Part shown: positions 19,793 to 29,534 of the stretch, piece after piece | Layout: every line of letters starts with the position of its first letter | Numbering within the stretch: the stretch's first letter is position 1 | Origin: an uncultured candidate division Zixibacteria bacterium | GTDB taxonomy: Bacteria > Zixibacteria > MSB-5A5 > UBA10806 | Length of the DNA stretch: 64,000 nt | Direction: 5' to 3' | NCBI GenBank assembly: GCA_963801605.1 | Contig: CAWDFP010000007.1 | Span: 160,001 to 224,000, forward strand | Notes under the pieces: generated by a model | The model's input: the letters and a program-made list of their open reading frames with translations, nothing else | What the model was told of the DNA's origin: nothing | The model's database searches: none | Made by a program: the position numbers and the translations under genes

Positions 19793-21500
19793 GATCGTCC
19801 TGATTTAAGGTTACTATAGTAGGTCGTCCATGAGGACATCTGTATGGCTCCTGGCATTTTAATAACTCCCCGTAAAGTCCTCGAAGCTGAGCCTCGGGGA
19901 GTCGATGCCCGGCTTTGACTGCAGCCTTGCAAGCTACAGCAGCAGCCAGGGCGCGTTTCATGTCCTCTCCTCCTTTTAAATTCGAGGAATAGGTTTCTAA
20001 AACCTCCTTGAGCGCATCCGCTGGGGAAACTCCAGTCATCTCTTGCGGCAGCCCTGAAATAATGACCTCCTCGGCTCCAAAAGTACGAAATTCAAAACCA
20101 GCTCTGGCTAAGAGGTCGGCGATCTCCTCCACAAGGCTTATTTCCCGCGGTGCAAGTTTCACCCTTTCTTCAAAGAGAAGCCTTTGTGACGGCGAACCCT
20201 GCCGGGAAAACCCGGCCAGTGTCTTTTCAAATAGTATACGCTCATGGGCGGTGTGTTGATCGACTATAAGTAGCTCCCCTTTACGGCGTATTAGAATATA
20301 AGTATCGAATATCTGAAAATAGGTATCTTGAAAAGTCTCATTAGCGGGATTTACTTTCGAGTAATCCTGTGATTCGATGCGAACCGGAGATGGTGATTTC
20401 ATTGCAAAACCGGTGTCGGCGAAAAGCTCCTGCCTGGCGCTATCAAAAGTTTTAAAATCCGGCGGCACATTTTGATTGGGAATCTGAGTAGTCCTAAACG
20501 CAAAATTAACCGGAAGAGCCAGAGCTTTATCGAGAGAATGTTTCAAGGTTTTGAATATGAAACCATCATCCGCAAAACGAACCTCGGTTTTTGCCGGATG
20601 AACATTGATATCGACAAATGATGGTTCAATATCCAGAAAGACGGCGGCGTAGGGATGTCGTCCGGGGGGCAGAGCATGCCCATAAGAGGCGCTAATAGCT
20701 CCGAAAAAAGCTTTCTCAAGAACGGGACGATGGTTAACAAAGAAAAATATCTCTCCCCTGTTGGCGCGGTTGGTCTCCGGCTTGGAGACAAATCCGGTAA
20801 CCTCGAGCGGCCCGACCCCGGGTTCATTAAGAGCTACAAGTTCTTTGGTTATCGCGTCGCCCCAAACAGCCTCTAAACGAGTTAAAAGGTTAATTGAGGA
20901 AGGCAGCTCATTGGTGAGTTTGCCATCGAAATAGATTTTAAATCCGATATCCGGACGAGCGATAATATATCGTCTGATAACTTCGGAGATTTTGCGACGT
21001 TCGGAGATATCCGATTTTAGAAATTTGCGGCGGGCAGGAACATTATAGAAAAGATTTTTTATAGTAATTGTACATCCTTTTTTGGGTGGGGCCGGACCAA
21101 GATAGGTCTGCTTGCCCCCTTCGAATCTGATGGATGTGCCGGTCTTTTCGCCATCATAGTGAGTTGATAGCTCCATTAGCGAAACCGAGCTTATGGATGG
21201 CAGCGCCTCTCCCCTGAACCCCATGGTGCCGGTGCGAAGAAGATCCTCCCAGCTTTTTATTTTGGATGTGGCGTGACGATAAAATGCCAATTCAACTTGT
21301 TCTTTGGGAATCCCCTCGCCATCATCAACAATAATGATCTCATCTTTACCACCGCCGGAAATAGAGATTTCTATATTTCGCGCGCCGGCATCGAGAGAGT
21401 TTTCCACCAGTTCTTTAATCACCGATGCGGGGTTTTCAATCACCTCGCCGGCTGCGATTCGATCTATCAGACCATCAGGGAGGACTTTGATGTGTTTCAT
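19767..21500 (-). CDS. mutL: DNA mismatch repair endonuclease MutL
   Basis: IAAGEVIENPASVIKELVENSLDAGA, GFRGEAL, DQHTAHER, CPHGRP. Confidence 0.98.
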   Translation of the reverse strand: MKHIKVLPDGLIDRIAAGEVIENPASVIKELVENSLDAGARNIEISISGGGKDEIIIVDDGEGIPKEQVELAFYRHATSKIKSWEDLLRTGTMGFRGEALPSISSVSLMELSTHYDGEKTGTSIRFEGGKQTYLGPAPPKKGCTITIKNLFYNVPARRKFLKSDISERRKISEVIRRYIIARPDIGFKIYFDGKLTNELPSSINLLTRLEAVWGDAITKELVALNEPGVGPLEVTGFVSKPETNRANRGEIFFFVNHRPVLEKAFFGAISASYGHALPPGRHPYAAVFLDIEPSFVDINVHPAKTEVRFADDGFIFKTLKHSLDKALALPVNFAFRTTQIPNQNVPPDFKTFDSARQELFADTGFAMKSPSPVRIESQDYSKVNPANETFQDTYFQIFDTYILIRRKGELLIVDQHTAHERILFEKTLAGFSRQGSPSQRLLFEERVKLAPREISLVEEIADLLARAGFEFRTFGAEEVIISGLPQEMTGVSPADALKEVLETYSSNLKGGEDMKRALAAAVACKAAVKAGHRLPEAQLRGLYGELLKCQEPYRCPHGRPTIVTLNQDDLEKIFKRK

Positions 21501-21511
21501 CAGCTATCTCT

Positions 21512-22885
21512 TTATCTCTCAGCGAATCGAAATGAACGTTCAAAGACCTGGCCGGAGCGGCGGTCAAGCGTATATTCGCCTTTATATTTTTTTTCGATAA
21601 TCGACAGGAGAACCTTAAAGAAGCTATCGATCTCTGCCTTAGTATTATAGATACCAAATGAAACCCGCACCAGCCCGGGGACCTCGGAACGGTCTCCCTT
21701 ATTAATCTGGTCGCGATAAATATGCGATTTTTTATCAGTAATATTCATGAGCCTCTGAATATAAGGATGAGCGCAGAAACATCCATTACGGACAGCGATG
21801 GCGCCCTCATAGCTTAAAATTGCAGCGACCCTAGCGTGATATTCATCATTTACATTAAATGAGATAACGCCGACACGATCTTTTTCGCGGTCCCATTTGT
21901 TAGGGCCGTACAGAGTTATACCATCAAGCATAGCGAATCTTTTAAGCGCATATTTGGTTAGTTCTCTCTCATGCGCGGCTATATTGGCAAAACCAACGTC
22001 GTTGAAAAAATCGATGGCTGCCGAAAGAGCCACTGCGCCGGGGACATTGGGGCTACCGGCCTCTTCTTTATCAGGTAGATGCGCCCATTGAACCTCGGAT
22101 AACGTGACATAGTTAACCGTGCCGCCGCCCACGACATCAGGATCGCCAATTTTGAAGACGCTTTTGGGGCCGATTAGGACGCCGGTGCCAAAAGGAGCGT
22201 ACATCTTATGCCCCGAAAACGCGATATAATCTATAGAATCTTCCTGGCCGGGTTTGCCCATTCTAATTTTTCTATGAGGCGCAAGCTGAGCGGCATCAAG
22301 CATAAACTTTGCGCCGGCTCTATGAGTCAGAGAAGCTATATTGTCAATCGGCGGCATAACACCGGTTACATTGGAGGCACCGGAAATTGCGACCAGCTTT
22401 ACCTGGCGGCCATATTTTGTCAGTTTGGCTTTAAGATCATCGAGATCGAGATAACCATCATTATCAATCTCAACATGAATGGTGCGGGCCTGCATTCTCC
22501 AGGGTAAATCGTTGGAGTGATGCTCCATCAAGCTGGAAAGTACGATATCATTTTTTGTAAGCATCAGCCGATGTGCGAGCTTATTAATCCCCTCGGTAGT
22601 GTTGTGAACGAAGATGCAAGTAAAATGATGCGGATCAGCCCCCACGAACGCCAGCGTGTTCTCATGGGCGGCATCATAAGCGCGAGTGGAGATTACCGAC
22701 TTATATCCGGTGCCCCGATGAACCGAGGAATAATAATCCTTGAACTGATCGAGTTTTTTCCAAACTGATTTTAAGGGAGGCGTGGAGGCGGCATTATCGA
22801 AATTAATATATCGTTTTGTGCCTCCGATTACCGGCACATCGATATTAACCCCCGCCACGGCGTTGCGAAAATTATAGTTTTTCAT
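21512..22885 (-). CDS. Class V PLP aminotransferase, SufS-like cysteine desulfurase
   Basis: FDNAAST, EHHSN, SGHKMYAPFGTG, RNGCFCAHPY. Confidence 0.85.
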   Translation of the reverse strand: MKNYNFRNAVAGVNIDVPVIGGTKRYINFDNAASTPPLKSVWKKLDQFKDYYSSVHRGTGYKSVISTRAYDAAHENTLAFVGADPHHFTCIFVHNTTEGINKLAHRLMLTKNDIVLSSLMEHHSNDLPWRMQARTIHVEIDNDGYLDLDDLKAKLTKYGRQVKLVAISGASNVTGVMPPIDNIASLTHRAGAKFMLDAAQLAPHRKIRMGKPGQEDSIDYIAFSGHKMYAPFGTGVLIGPKSVFKIGDPDVVGGGTVNYVTLSEVQWAHLPDKEEAGSPNVPGAVALSAAIDFFNDVGFANIAAHERELTKYALKRFAMLDGITLYGPNKWDREKDRVGVISFNVNDEYHARVAAILSYEGAIAVRNGCFCAHPYIQRLMNITDKKSHIYRDQINKGDRSEVPGLVRVSFGIYNTKAEIDSFFKVLLSIIEKKYKGEYTLDRRSGQVFERSFRFAER

Positions 22886-22919
22886 AGTGAACTAAAATAA
22901 CCCTCGGCGGGGTCACTAA

Positions 22920-24335
22920 TCAAGGCTTTTTAGGCAGATCGTAGCGTTCAATTTTCCTATAGAGGGTAGACAGGTCTATTCCCAGTATTTTGGCGGTCTG
23001 GCTTTTATTCCATCCGGTCTGGGCCAAAGTATAGTAGATATATGCTTTTTCCATCACCTCGAGATCGGGTCCTACGGCAATTCCGGGTTCGCCAACTGTT
23101 GCGGTATTATTGGCATTGCGAATTTCCTCCGGGAGGTCCTCGGAATCAATAATATCTCCGTGAGCCAGCATGACTGTGCGTTCCAGAAGATTTTCCAGTT
23201 GCCTGACATTCCCCGGCCAGGAGTAGGATTTTAGCAGTTCCATTGCCGCGGCGCTAAAATATTTATCAGGCAAATCAAGCTTGGCGGCGTGACGTCGAGT
23301 AAAGTGAATTGCCAGCAATTCGATATCATCAATTCGTTCGCGAAGCGGCGGGATATTAATGCTGAAAACGTTGAGACGATAAAAAAGATCGGCCCTGAAG
23401 GCGCCATGATCCACCCGCTCCTGAAGATTGGCGTTTGTAGCGGCGATCAGACGGACATCGGCAGCCAGGGCTTTGGTCGCTCCCAGCGGAGTATACTCTT
23501 TTTCTTCGAGAACCCGAAGAAGCTTGGCCTGGATCGCCGGGCTGGTTTCGCTGATTTCGTCAAGAAAGAAAGTACCATCGGTCGCGGCGGCGAATAAGCC
23601 GGTTTTATCTTTAATCGCACCGGTAAATGAGCCTCTCATGTGCCCGAATAGTTCCGATTCGAGAAGCGTTTCGGGGAGGGCGGCGCAATTGAGCGATAGG
23701 AATTGGGCGGAATTTCGTCTGCTTTCAGCGTGAATGGCCCGCGCTAAAACCTCTTTGCCGGTTCCCGATTCGCCGGAAATGAGCACGGTGATATCGGAAC
23801 TGGCAGCTCTGGCAGCAAGGCGTTTAATTTCGATAATACTTGGTGAACTTCCAATAAAAGATTCGAAACCGGTGGTCAGGTTTTCTTTAAGAACCGTGTT
23901 CTGCTTTTTAAGAAGACGCTGCTCGATTCCGTTTTTTATGGCGATTTTAATTTCATCGATCTTAAAAGGCTTGGTGATATAATCAAAAGCGCCGCTCTTA
24001 AGCGCCTCGACAGCGGTATCGATTGAGCCGAAAGCGGTCATCACTATGAAATCGAGGTCGGGATCGGCCTTATGCCCCATTCTTAAGAGCTCCAGACCCG
24101 ACATTTCAGGCATCATCAGGTCTGTTATTACCAGGTTAAACCGTTTACCCGCATCTCTGGCGTTTTGCTTTAGCTCCTGAAGGGCCAATTTGGGCGACGT
24201 GCGGGTTTCGACTGAGTAGCCCTCTTTGACGAGCATAATCCGCAGAAATTCGCACATACTGGTCTCATCATCGACCACCATAATGCGGGTTTGGACCAGT
24301 TGACCCTTTTGAGTCTGGATACTTGTTTTTATCAT
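22920..24335 (-). CDS. NtrC-family sigma-54 response regulator
   Basis: Receiver (VVDD, DLMMP), GESGTGKE, GSFTGA, WPGNVRQL, Fis HTH. Confidence 0.95.
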   Translation of the reverse strand: MIKTSIQTQKGQLVQTRIMVVDDETSMCEFLRIMLVKEGYSVETRTSPKLALQELKQNARDAGKRFNLVITDLMMPEMSGLELLRMGHKADPDLDFIVMTAFGSIDTAVEALKSGAFDYITKPFKIDEIKIAIKNGIEQRLLKKQNTVLKENLTTGFESFIGSSPSIIEIKRLAARAASSDITVLISGESGTGKEVLARAIHAESRRNSAQFLSLNCAALPETLLESELFGHMRGSFTGAIKDKTGLFAAATDGTFFLDEISETSPAIQAKLLRVLEEKEYTPLGATKALAADVRLIAATNANLQERVDHGAFRADLFYRLNVFSINIPPLRERIDDIELLAIHFTRRHAAKLDLPDKYFSAAAMELLKSYSWPGNVRQLENLLERTVMLAHGDIIDSEDLPEEIRNANNTATVGEPGIAVGPDLEVMEKAYIYYTLAQTGWNKSQTAKILGIDLSTLYRKIERYDLPKKP

Positions 24336-24556
24336 CTAATGCCTAATATATAAGTCGGTTGAAATGCCGGGGGCCTTTAGCTGGAATCAGGACCAAAAAG
24401 TGATAATAATTGAGCGCAAAAGGCTCCCTTAAAATGTGTTATAGACGTTATAAGTTCCTTTATAAAGTTTAAAGCAAAAAAATCGAAGTTAAAATATTGG
24501 GAATGTTTGGTTAAGCCAATCAGGAGGCTTTTTGATTTAATCCTGTTGTGAAAATT

Positions 24557-25636
24557 CTATTCGCTTATTTCGAGCATCCGCTCCAACGCAATCCTGGCAT
24601 CAGATTTGATTTTATCATCGATCTGAACCTGCGCTATCTGATCGAGGTTTTCGACAGTATAGCAGAGATCGGCCAACGAGGTTCTAAACATGTTTGAGCA
24701 AATGGCGCACGATTCGCCCGAAAGTTCGAAAATATTCTTATCCTTATGAATTCGCGCTAAACGTGAAACCAGATTAAGTTCAGTTCCGATTGCAATAGTT
24801 GAACCGGACTGGGCGCTTTCGACAAATTTTACTATAAAGGCAGTTGAGCCCATGGCGTCAGCGGCTTCTACTACCTCCGTGCGGCACTCGGGATGAACCA
24901 CTATCTTAACATCAGGCTCCCGCGCCCGCCAATCATCGACATGCTCTTTGGTGAACTTGGTATGAACGTAACAATACCCCGGCCAGAGGATAATTTTGAC
25001 CCGTCGATAAGTATCTGTATTAATTCCGCCGTTAAGTATTTGCGGTTGATATAAGCATATTTGATCTTCCGAAAATCCCATTCGTCGGGCGGTATTTCGT
25101 CCCAAATGCTGATCGGGAAAGAAAAAGAGCTTGTCGCCGCGTTCTAACGCCCATTTGAAGGCAGCCTCGGCGTTTGACGATGTGCAAATTAGACCGTCAT
25201 TTCGGCCGGTAAACGCTTTCAACTCGGTAGATGTGTTCATGTAAGAAATGGGTATAACCTTTGAATCCGGATTCAATTTGGCGATCAAGTCCCAGGCATC
25301 ATTAACTTGTTCATCTGAGGCCATATCGGCCATCGGGCATCCCGCCAGCGGATTGGGAAGATATACCTTTTGTTCGGGACGGCAGAGCGTGCGGGCAGCC
25401 TCGGCCATGAATCGCACTCCACAGAAGACGATATATTCGGCATCAGGTAGTTTGGAGGCTATTCGAGAAAGCCCGTACGAATCGCCGATATGATCGCCGA
25501 GTGCGACAATTTCAAAACGCTGATAGTGATGAGTCAACACTACCAGGCGCCGGCCCAGCTGCTTCTTAACCGTTTGGATTCGCGCAGTCAGCTCATCATC
25601 GCCGGCTGCGCGATAGCTTTCGGGAATGGATGACAT
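24557..25636 (-). CDS. nadA: Quinolinate synthase A
   Basis: HHYQR, FCGVRFMAE, AGCPMAD, CTSSNA, FPDQHLG, VHPEC. Confidence 0.96.
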   Translation of the reverse strand: MSSIPESYRAAGDDELTARIQTVKKQLGRRLVVLTHHYQRFEIVALGDHIGDSYGLSRIASKLPDAEYIVFCGVRFMAEAARTLCRPEQKVYLPNPLAGCPMADMASDEQVNDAWDLIAKLNPDSKVIPISYMNTSTELKAFTGRNDGLICTSSNAEAAFKWALERGDKLFFFPDQHLGRNTARRMGFSEDQICLYQPQILNGGINTDTYRRVKIILWPGYCYVHTKFTKEHVDDWRAREPDVKIVVHPECRTEVVEAADAMGSTAFIVKFVESAQSGSTIAIGTELNLVSRLARIHKDKNIFELSGESCAICSNMFRTSLADLCYTVENLDQIAQVQIDDKIKSDARIALERMLEISE

Positions 25637-25881
25637 TACATCTCAGTCATAAAGGATCTATCGAGTTCTTTCTGGATTAAATCCTCATGTTTGTGTTCCT
25701 CAGCGGCCAAAAACTCAAACATCTTCTTGGCGCCGGGGTGAGAAACTACTTTGGCACATTCCTCATAGAATTTACGCGCCCTGATTTCTTGCTTGAGCGC
25801 CATTCTGACAGCTTCGGCCGGAGATGTGCTCTTATCAACCTTCAACTCAAAAGCGCCTTCGCCCTGCTTATCGTTTGTCAT
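25636..25881 (-). CDS. Small ferritin-like (half-rubrerythrin) protein
   Basis: ALKQEIRARKFY...LAAEEHKH, a single ExxH helix pair. Confidence 0.8.
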   Translation of the reverse strand: MTNDKQGEGAFELKVDKSTSPAEAVRMALKQEIRARKFYEECAKVVSHPGAKKMFEFLAAEEHKHEDLIQKELDRSFMTEM

Positions 25882-25905
25882 ATTTTTCTCCTTTAGATAA
25901 TGATT

Positions 25906-26839
25906 TTAAATCAATTTAAGAGCATTCTTCACGGCAATTCTGGCCTCATAGATTCCGGTCGACAGGAGCTTAATTTTCCCCGGGTAATAAGCGATATCCC
26001 CCACTGCATAAACTCGTTTCAAGCTGGTTTGCATTCGAGGATCAACCTTAATCTGTCCCCCCATCATCTCGATTCCGAAATTCGAATAAAGGGTTTGCCG
26101 GGGCTGCATGTCCACCAGCGAAATGATTATATCGACGCCGCTGGAGCGTTCCTCGGCGCTGTCCTTATTGCTTATTACGAGACATTCAGGAGTCTTCACA
26201 CCAGTAACAGCCTTCACTACCCAGGGCGCGGCGATAACCTCAGTATCAGGCTTAATATCAGGGAATTTCTCATTCAGAAAATGCGGGAGAATCGCACACC
26301 CACGTGAAGGTAGGCGCAATTTTTAGGATATCCTCGGGAATCGCAGGCGGAGTTGATTGGCTGGTAATTACTGCGACCCTTTTCCCTTTGAGATCATCAG
26401 CTTTTGGCCAGTTTTCATAGATACCGGAGCCATTCCATTCGCTAATTTTAATCCTATCTATCAGGGTTGAATAGTAAGCGCGTAAACCGGAAGCTATCAC
26501 AACAGTAGATGAATAATATTCGTCTTTATTGGTAGTGACGATAACGGTACTTTTGCTGCCTGGTTTTATATCGCTGACATATTCTCCCAGGCGGGCCTTC
26601 ATCCCATAGGTTTTTGCCTTTTGAGCTAAATCCGTAACTAGATCCCGTCCCTTTATAATCTGGATTCCCGGAAAATTGTAAACGTCCTTATCCGGATACA
26701 CAGCCTGCATAATGCCGCCAAGGTGCAGGCGAGATTCAATAAGGTAGCACATCGCCCCGAGTTCGCTGGCGGCTCCAGCGGCATAAAGACCAACCGGCCC
26801 CCCGCCTATTATAGTTATATCGAAAATATCAGAATTCAA
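25906..26839 (-). CDS. TrxB-fold FAD oxidoreductase, YumC/FNR-like, degenerate NADPH domain (frameshift near 26290)
   Basis: DITIIGGGPVGL, YPDKDVYNFPG, VYAVGDIAYYPGKIKLLSTG. Confidence 0.8.
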
Positions 26840-26917
26840 TCGCGCCTCGCCGAAATTGCAGATTTTTTAAATAACATCGAACGTTGGTAATACTATCTCG
26901 ATGACTTTAGGGTTCCG

Positions 26918-27028
26918 CTAATCTAATTCGACGAAATCATCCTGTTTGGCGCCGCAATTAGGGCATACTATTGGAGGAGTCATGCCCTCGTGAATATGGC
27001 CGCATATGGTGCAAATCCATTTTTTCAT
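26918..27028 (-). CDS. Short rubredoxin-like protein (36 aa)
   Basis: Manual translation MKKWICTICGHIHEGMTPPIVCPNCGAKQDDFVELD*; two CxxC; start overlaps upstream stop; GGAGGAG SD. Confidence 0.88.
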   Translation of the reverse strand: MKKWICTICGHIHEGMTPPIVCPNCGAKQDDFVELD

Positions 27029-27528
27029 TACTCCTCCATCATGGCGGAATCGTTTATCGAGAACCAGTAAAGATCTCCGGAGAGAGCGGCCTTTTCCGAT
27101 ACCAGATAATTAAAATGGCCATCCTCTTCTTGCTCCAGCTCTTCGAAAATCATCCTGGTCTTGTTGTCGGTGGCAATAGCGGCGCCGCGTTGATAGAATT
27201 TGGCAGACGTGGTTTCGGCCTCGATAGCCATATCCAGGACGCCCAAAACCTGGGTACGATTGTCAACCTGGAGTGCGGCTATGGCTTTGATGATATCGGG
27301 CACACCTCTAACGGGTAGATTTTGGGGCTCTTTACCAAGCATCTTCCGATAGAGACCTTCCATTATATCCCGATGCTTGGCCTCATCGTTTGCGAGTCCT
27401 TCGATCCGTTTTTTAACCACTGGATTGGATATTTTTTCCGAAAGGTTCTGATAGAACCTGTTGCCCATGATCTCCGTGGTAACTGCAACGCCCAGGATTT
27501 CCTCTATGGTCATCTTTTCAATTTGCAT
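27028..27528 (-). CDS. Ferritin-like / rubrerythrin-family protein
   Basis: Two E...ExxH repeats (ANDEAKH, EQEEDGH). Confidence 0.88.
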   Translation of the reverse strand: MQIEKMTIEEILGVAVTTEIMGNRFYQNLSEKISNPVVKKRIEGLANDEAKHRDIMEGLYRKMLGKEPQNLPVRGVPDIIKAIAALQVDNRTQVLGVLDMAIEAETTSAKFYQRGAAIATDNKTRMIFEELEQEEDGHFNYLVSEKAALSGDLYWFSINDSAMMEE

Positions 27529-27659
27529 CTATCCGCCCTTTCATAGTTTCCTATTTCGATTCAACCCCAACGAATTGCCTTAATATGAAAATCCAGCTTC
27601 GATTAGTCAAGGAGGAACAAAATCAGGGACAGGCGAGGTTATGATATATTAGAGGCGTT

Positions 27660-28443
27660 ATGGCGAAAATATATATTGGCACATCAGGCTGGAGCTATAA
27701 AGATTGGGAAGGTAATTTCTATCCCGAGGATATTAAGCCGAAGGATTACCTGGCCTATTATTCGCAACAATTCAATAGCGTGGAAATTGATTCCTCTTTT
27801 TATGGAATCCCCCGTCGCAGCGCCGTGGAAAGCTGGTATAAGATGGTTCCCAAGGAATTCAAATTCGCTCCCAAATTTCCTCAAGATATCACCCATAAAT
27901 CCGATTTAACCGGTATCGAAGACAAACTTTCAGCGTTTCTAAGCGCCATGGAGCTTCTTAAAGAAAAGTTAGGACCTCTTTTGATTCAATTTCCATATTC
28001 ATTTAAGCCCGAACTATCGGATAATCTGAGCAGGTTTTTAAGGCAGCTTCCCAAAGAATTCGATTATATCGTTGAGATTCGAAATCGCAAGTGGTTGGGC
28101 GAGAAATTTTATGAGATGCTTAGAAAAGATGGGATCGGATTAGCGCTCATCGAACATCCCTGGATGCCGCGGTTGAATGTGATAACATCAAATACTCTTT
28201 ATGTGCGGTTCCTGGGAGATCGTAAAATACATCAAGGATGATTTTTCGCATGTACAGATCGATCGCACTGAAAATCTGGATCAGTGGCAGAAAATGATAT
28301 TAGTACTCGAAGAAAAGGCCAACGATTTTTACGGCTATTTCAATAACCATTATTCCGGTTACGCGCCCGCCACCGCTAAATATTTCAAGGATTTACTGAC
28401 TGCCGCGCCGAACCCATCAGAATCTAAAATCGCTCTCAGATAG
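27660..28443 (+). CDS. DUF72 family protein (frameshift near 28230)
   Basis: IGTSGWSY, VEIDSSFY, LIQFP, YFNNHYSGYAP. Confidence 0.9.
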
Positions 28444-28590
28444 ATTCGTTTGAATCTGTTATTGTTAGTAATCATCACTATTGTTGAAATCAATTTTATA
28501 TCATATATTATTAAAGCGATTAGCCGGTTAAAATCAGGCTTTCGCGATAATTCGCTGATTTGGTTATTAAATGGTTTGGAATAGAATTAA

Positions 28591-29526
28591 ATGTCAATCT
28601 TAGAAAAATTTAAATCCGGTGATCCTGTGGCGTTAGCTCGGATTATCTCGCATATCGAAAACCGAGGGCCGGAAACCGAAAAGATATTGGCTGAGATTTA
28701 CCCCAAAACCGGTCATGCTCATACTGTAGGAATTACAGGTCCGCCCGGCGCCGGTAAATCAAGTATCGTCGATAAGCTATGCGCTCTCTACCTGGAGCGT
28801 GGGGAGACGGTTGGTATTATTGCAGTCGATCCCTCCTCCCCTTTTACCGGGGGGGCGCTATTGGGCGATCGTATTCGAATGCAGGACCTGGCTGTGAATC
28901 CGAATGTCTTCATTCGCAGCATGGCAACCCGCGGCTCAACCGGCGGCCTGGCATTAGCAACTACCGAAGTCATCCGGGCTTTAGATGCTTTTGGTAAAGA
29001 TATTATTCTGGTGGAAACCGTGGGCGTCGGACAGGTAGAGCTCGATGTGGCCGAGGCCTGCGATACGACTATCGTGGTGCTGGTACCGGAATCCGGCGAT
29101 TCGATCCAGGCGATGAAAGCCGGCCTGATGGAGATTGCTGATATATTCGTGGTTAATAAATCGGATCGCGAAGGCGCCCAGCGGCTTGTTTCCGAGCTTA
29201 ATATGATGGTCGATGTCAAGCGGGATAAGTCGGGCCGTGATTTGCCGGTGGTTTCCACGCAGGCCACGAATAATATCGGTTTGACGGATTTATTGGCTAA
29301 AATTGACTCCGAATATGAACGGCTTAAAACCGGTGACAATTTTCAAATACATCGCAAGAAAATGATTCGTTATGACATTATTAAAACCCTGGAACACCGC
29401 TTTAAGAGTCGTCTCCTGGATGAAATTTTACCGAACCAGAAGCTCGATGAAATTGTAGATAAGATATATGCCGGACAGGGCAATCCTTACGACCTGGCTC
29501 AGAATTTAATAGATAACCTTAAGTGA
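28591..29526 (+). CDS. meaB: MeaB/ArgK GTPase metallochaperone of B12 mutases
   Basis: GITGPPGAGKS, AVDPSSPFTGGALLGDRIRM, ETVGVGQ, NKSD. Confidence 0.95.
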   Translation: MSILEKFKSGDPVALARIISHIENRGPETEKILAEIYPKTGHAHTVGITGPPGAGKSSIVDKLCALYLERGETVGIIAVDPSSPFTGGALLGDRIRMQDLAVNPNVFIRSMATRGSTGGLALATTEVIRALDAFGKDIILVETVGVGQVELDVAEACDTTIVVLVPESGDSIQAMKAGLMEIADIFVVNKSDREGAQRLVSELNMMVDVKRDKSGRDLPVVSTQATNNIGLTDLLAKIDSEYERLKTGDNFQIHRKKMIRYDIIKTLEHRFKSRLLDEILPNQKLDEIVDKIYAGQGNPYDLAQNLIDNLK

Positions 29527-29534
29527 GGTATAAG

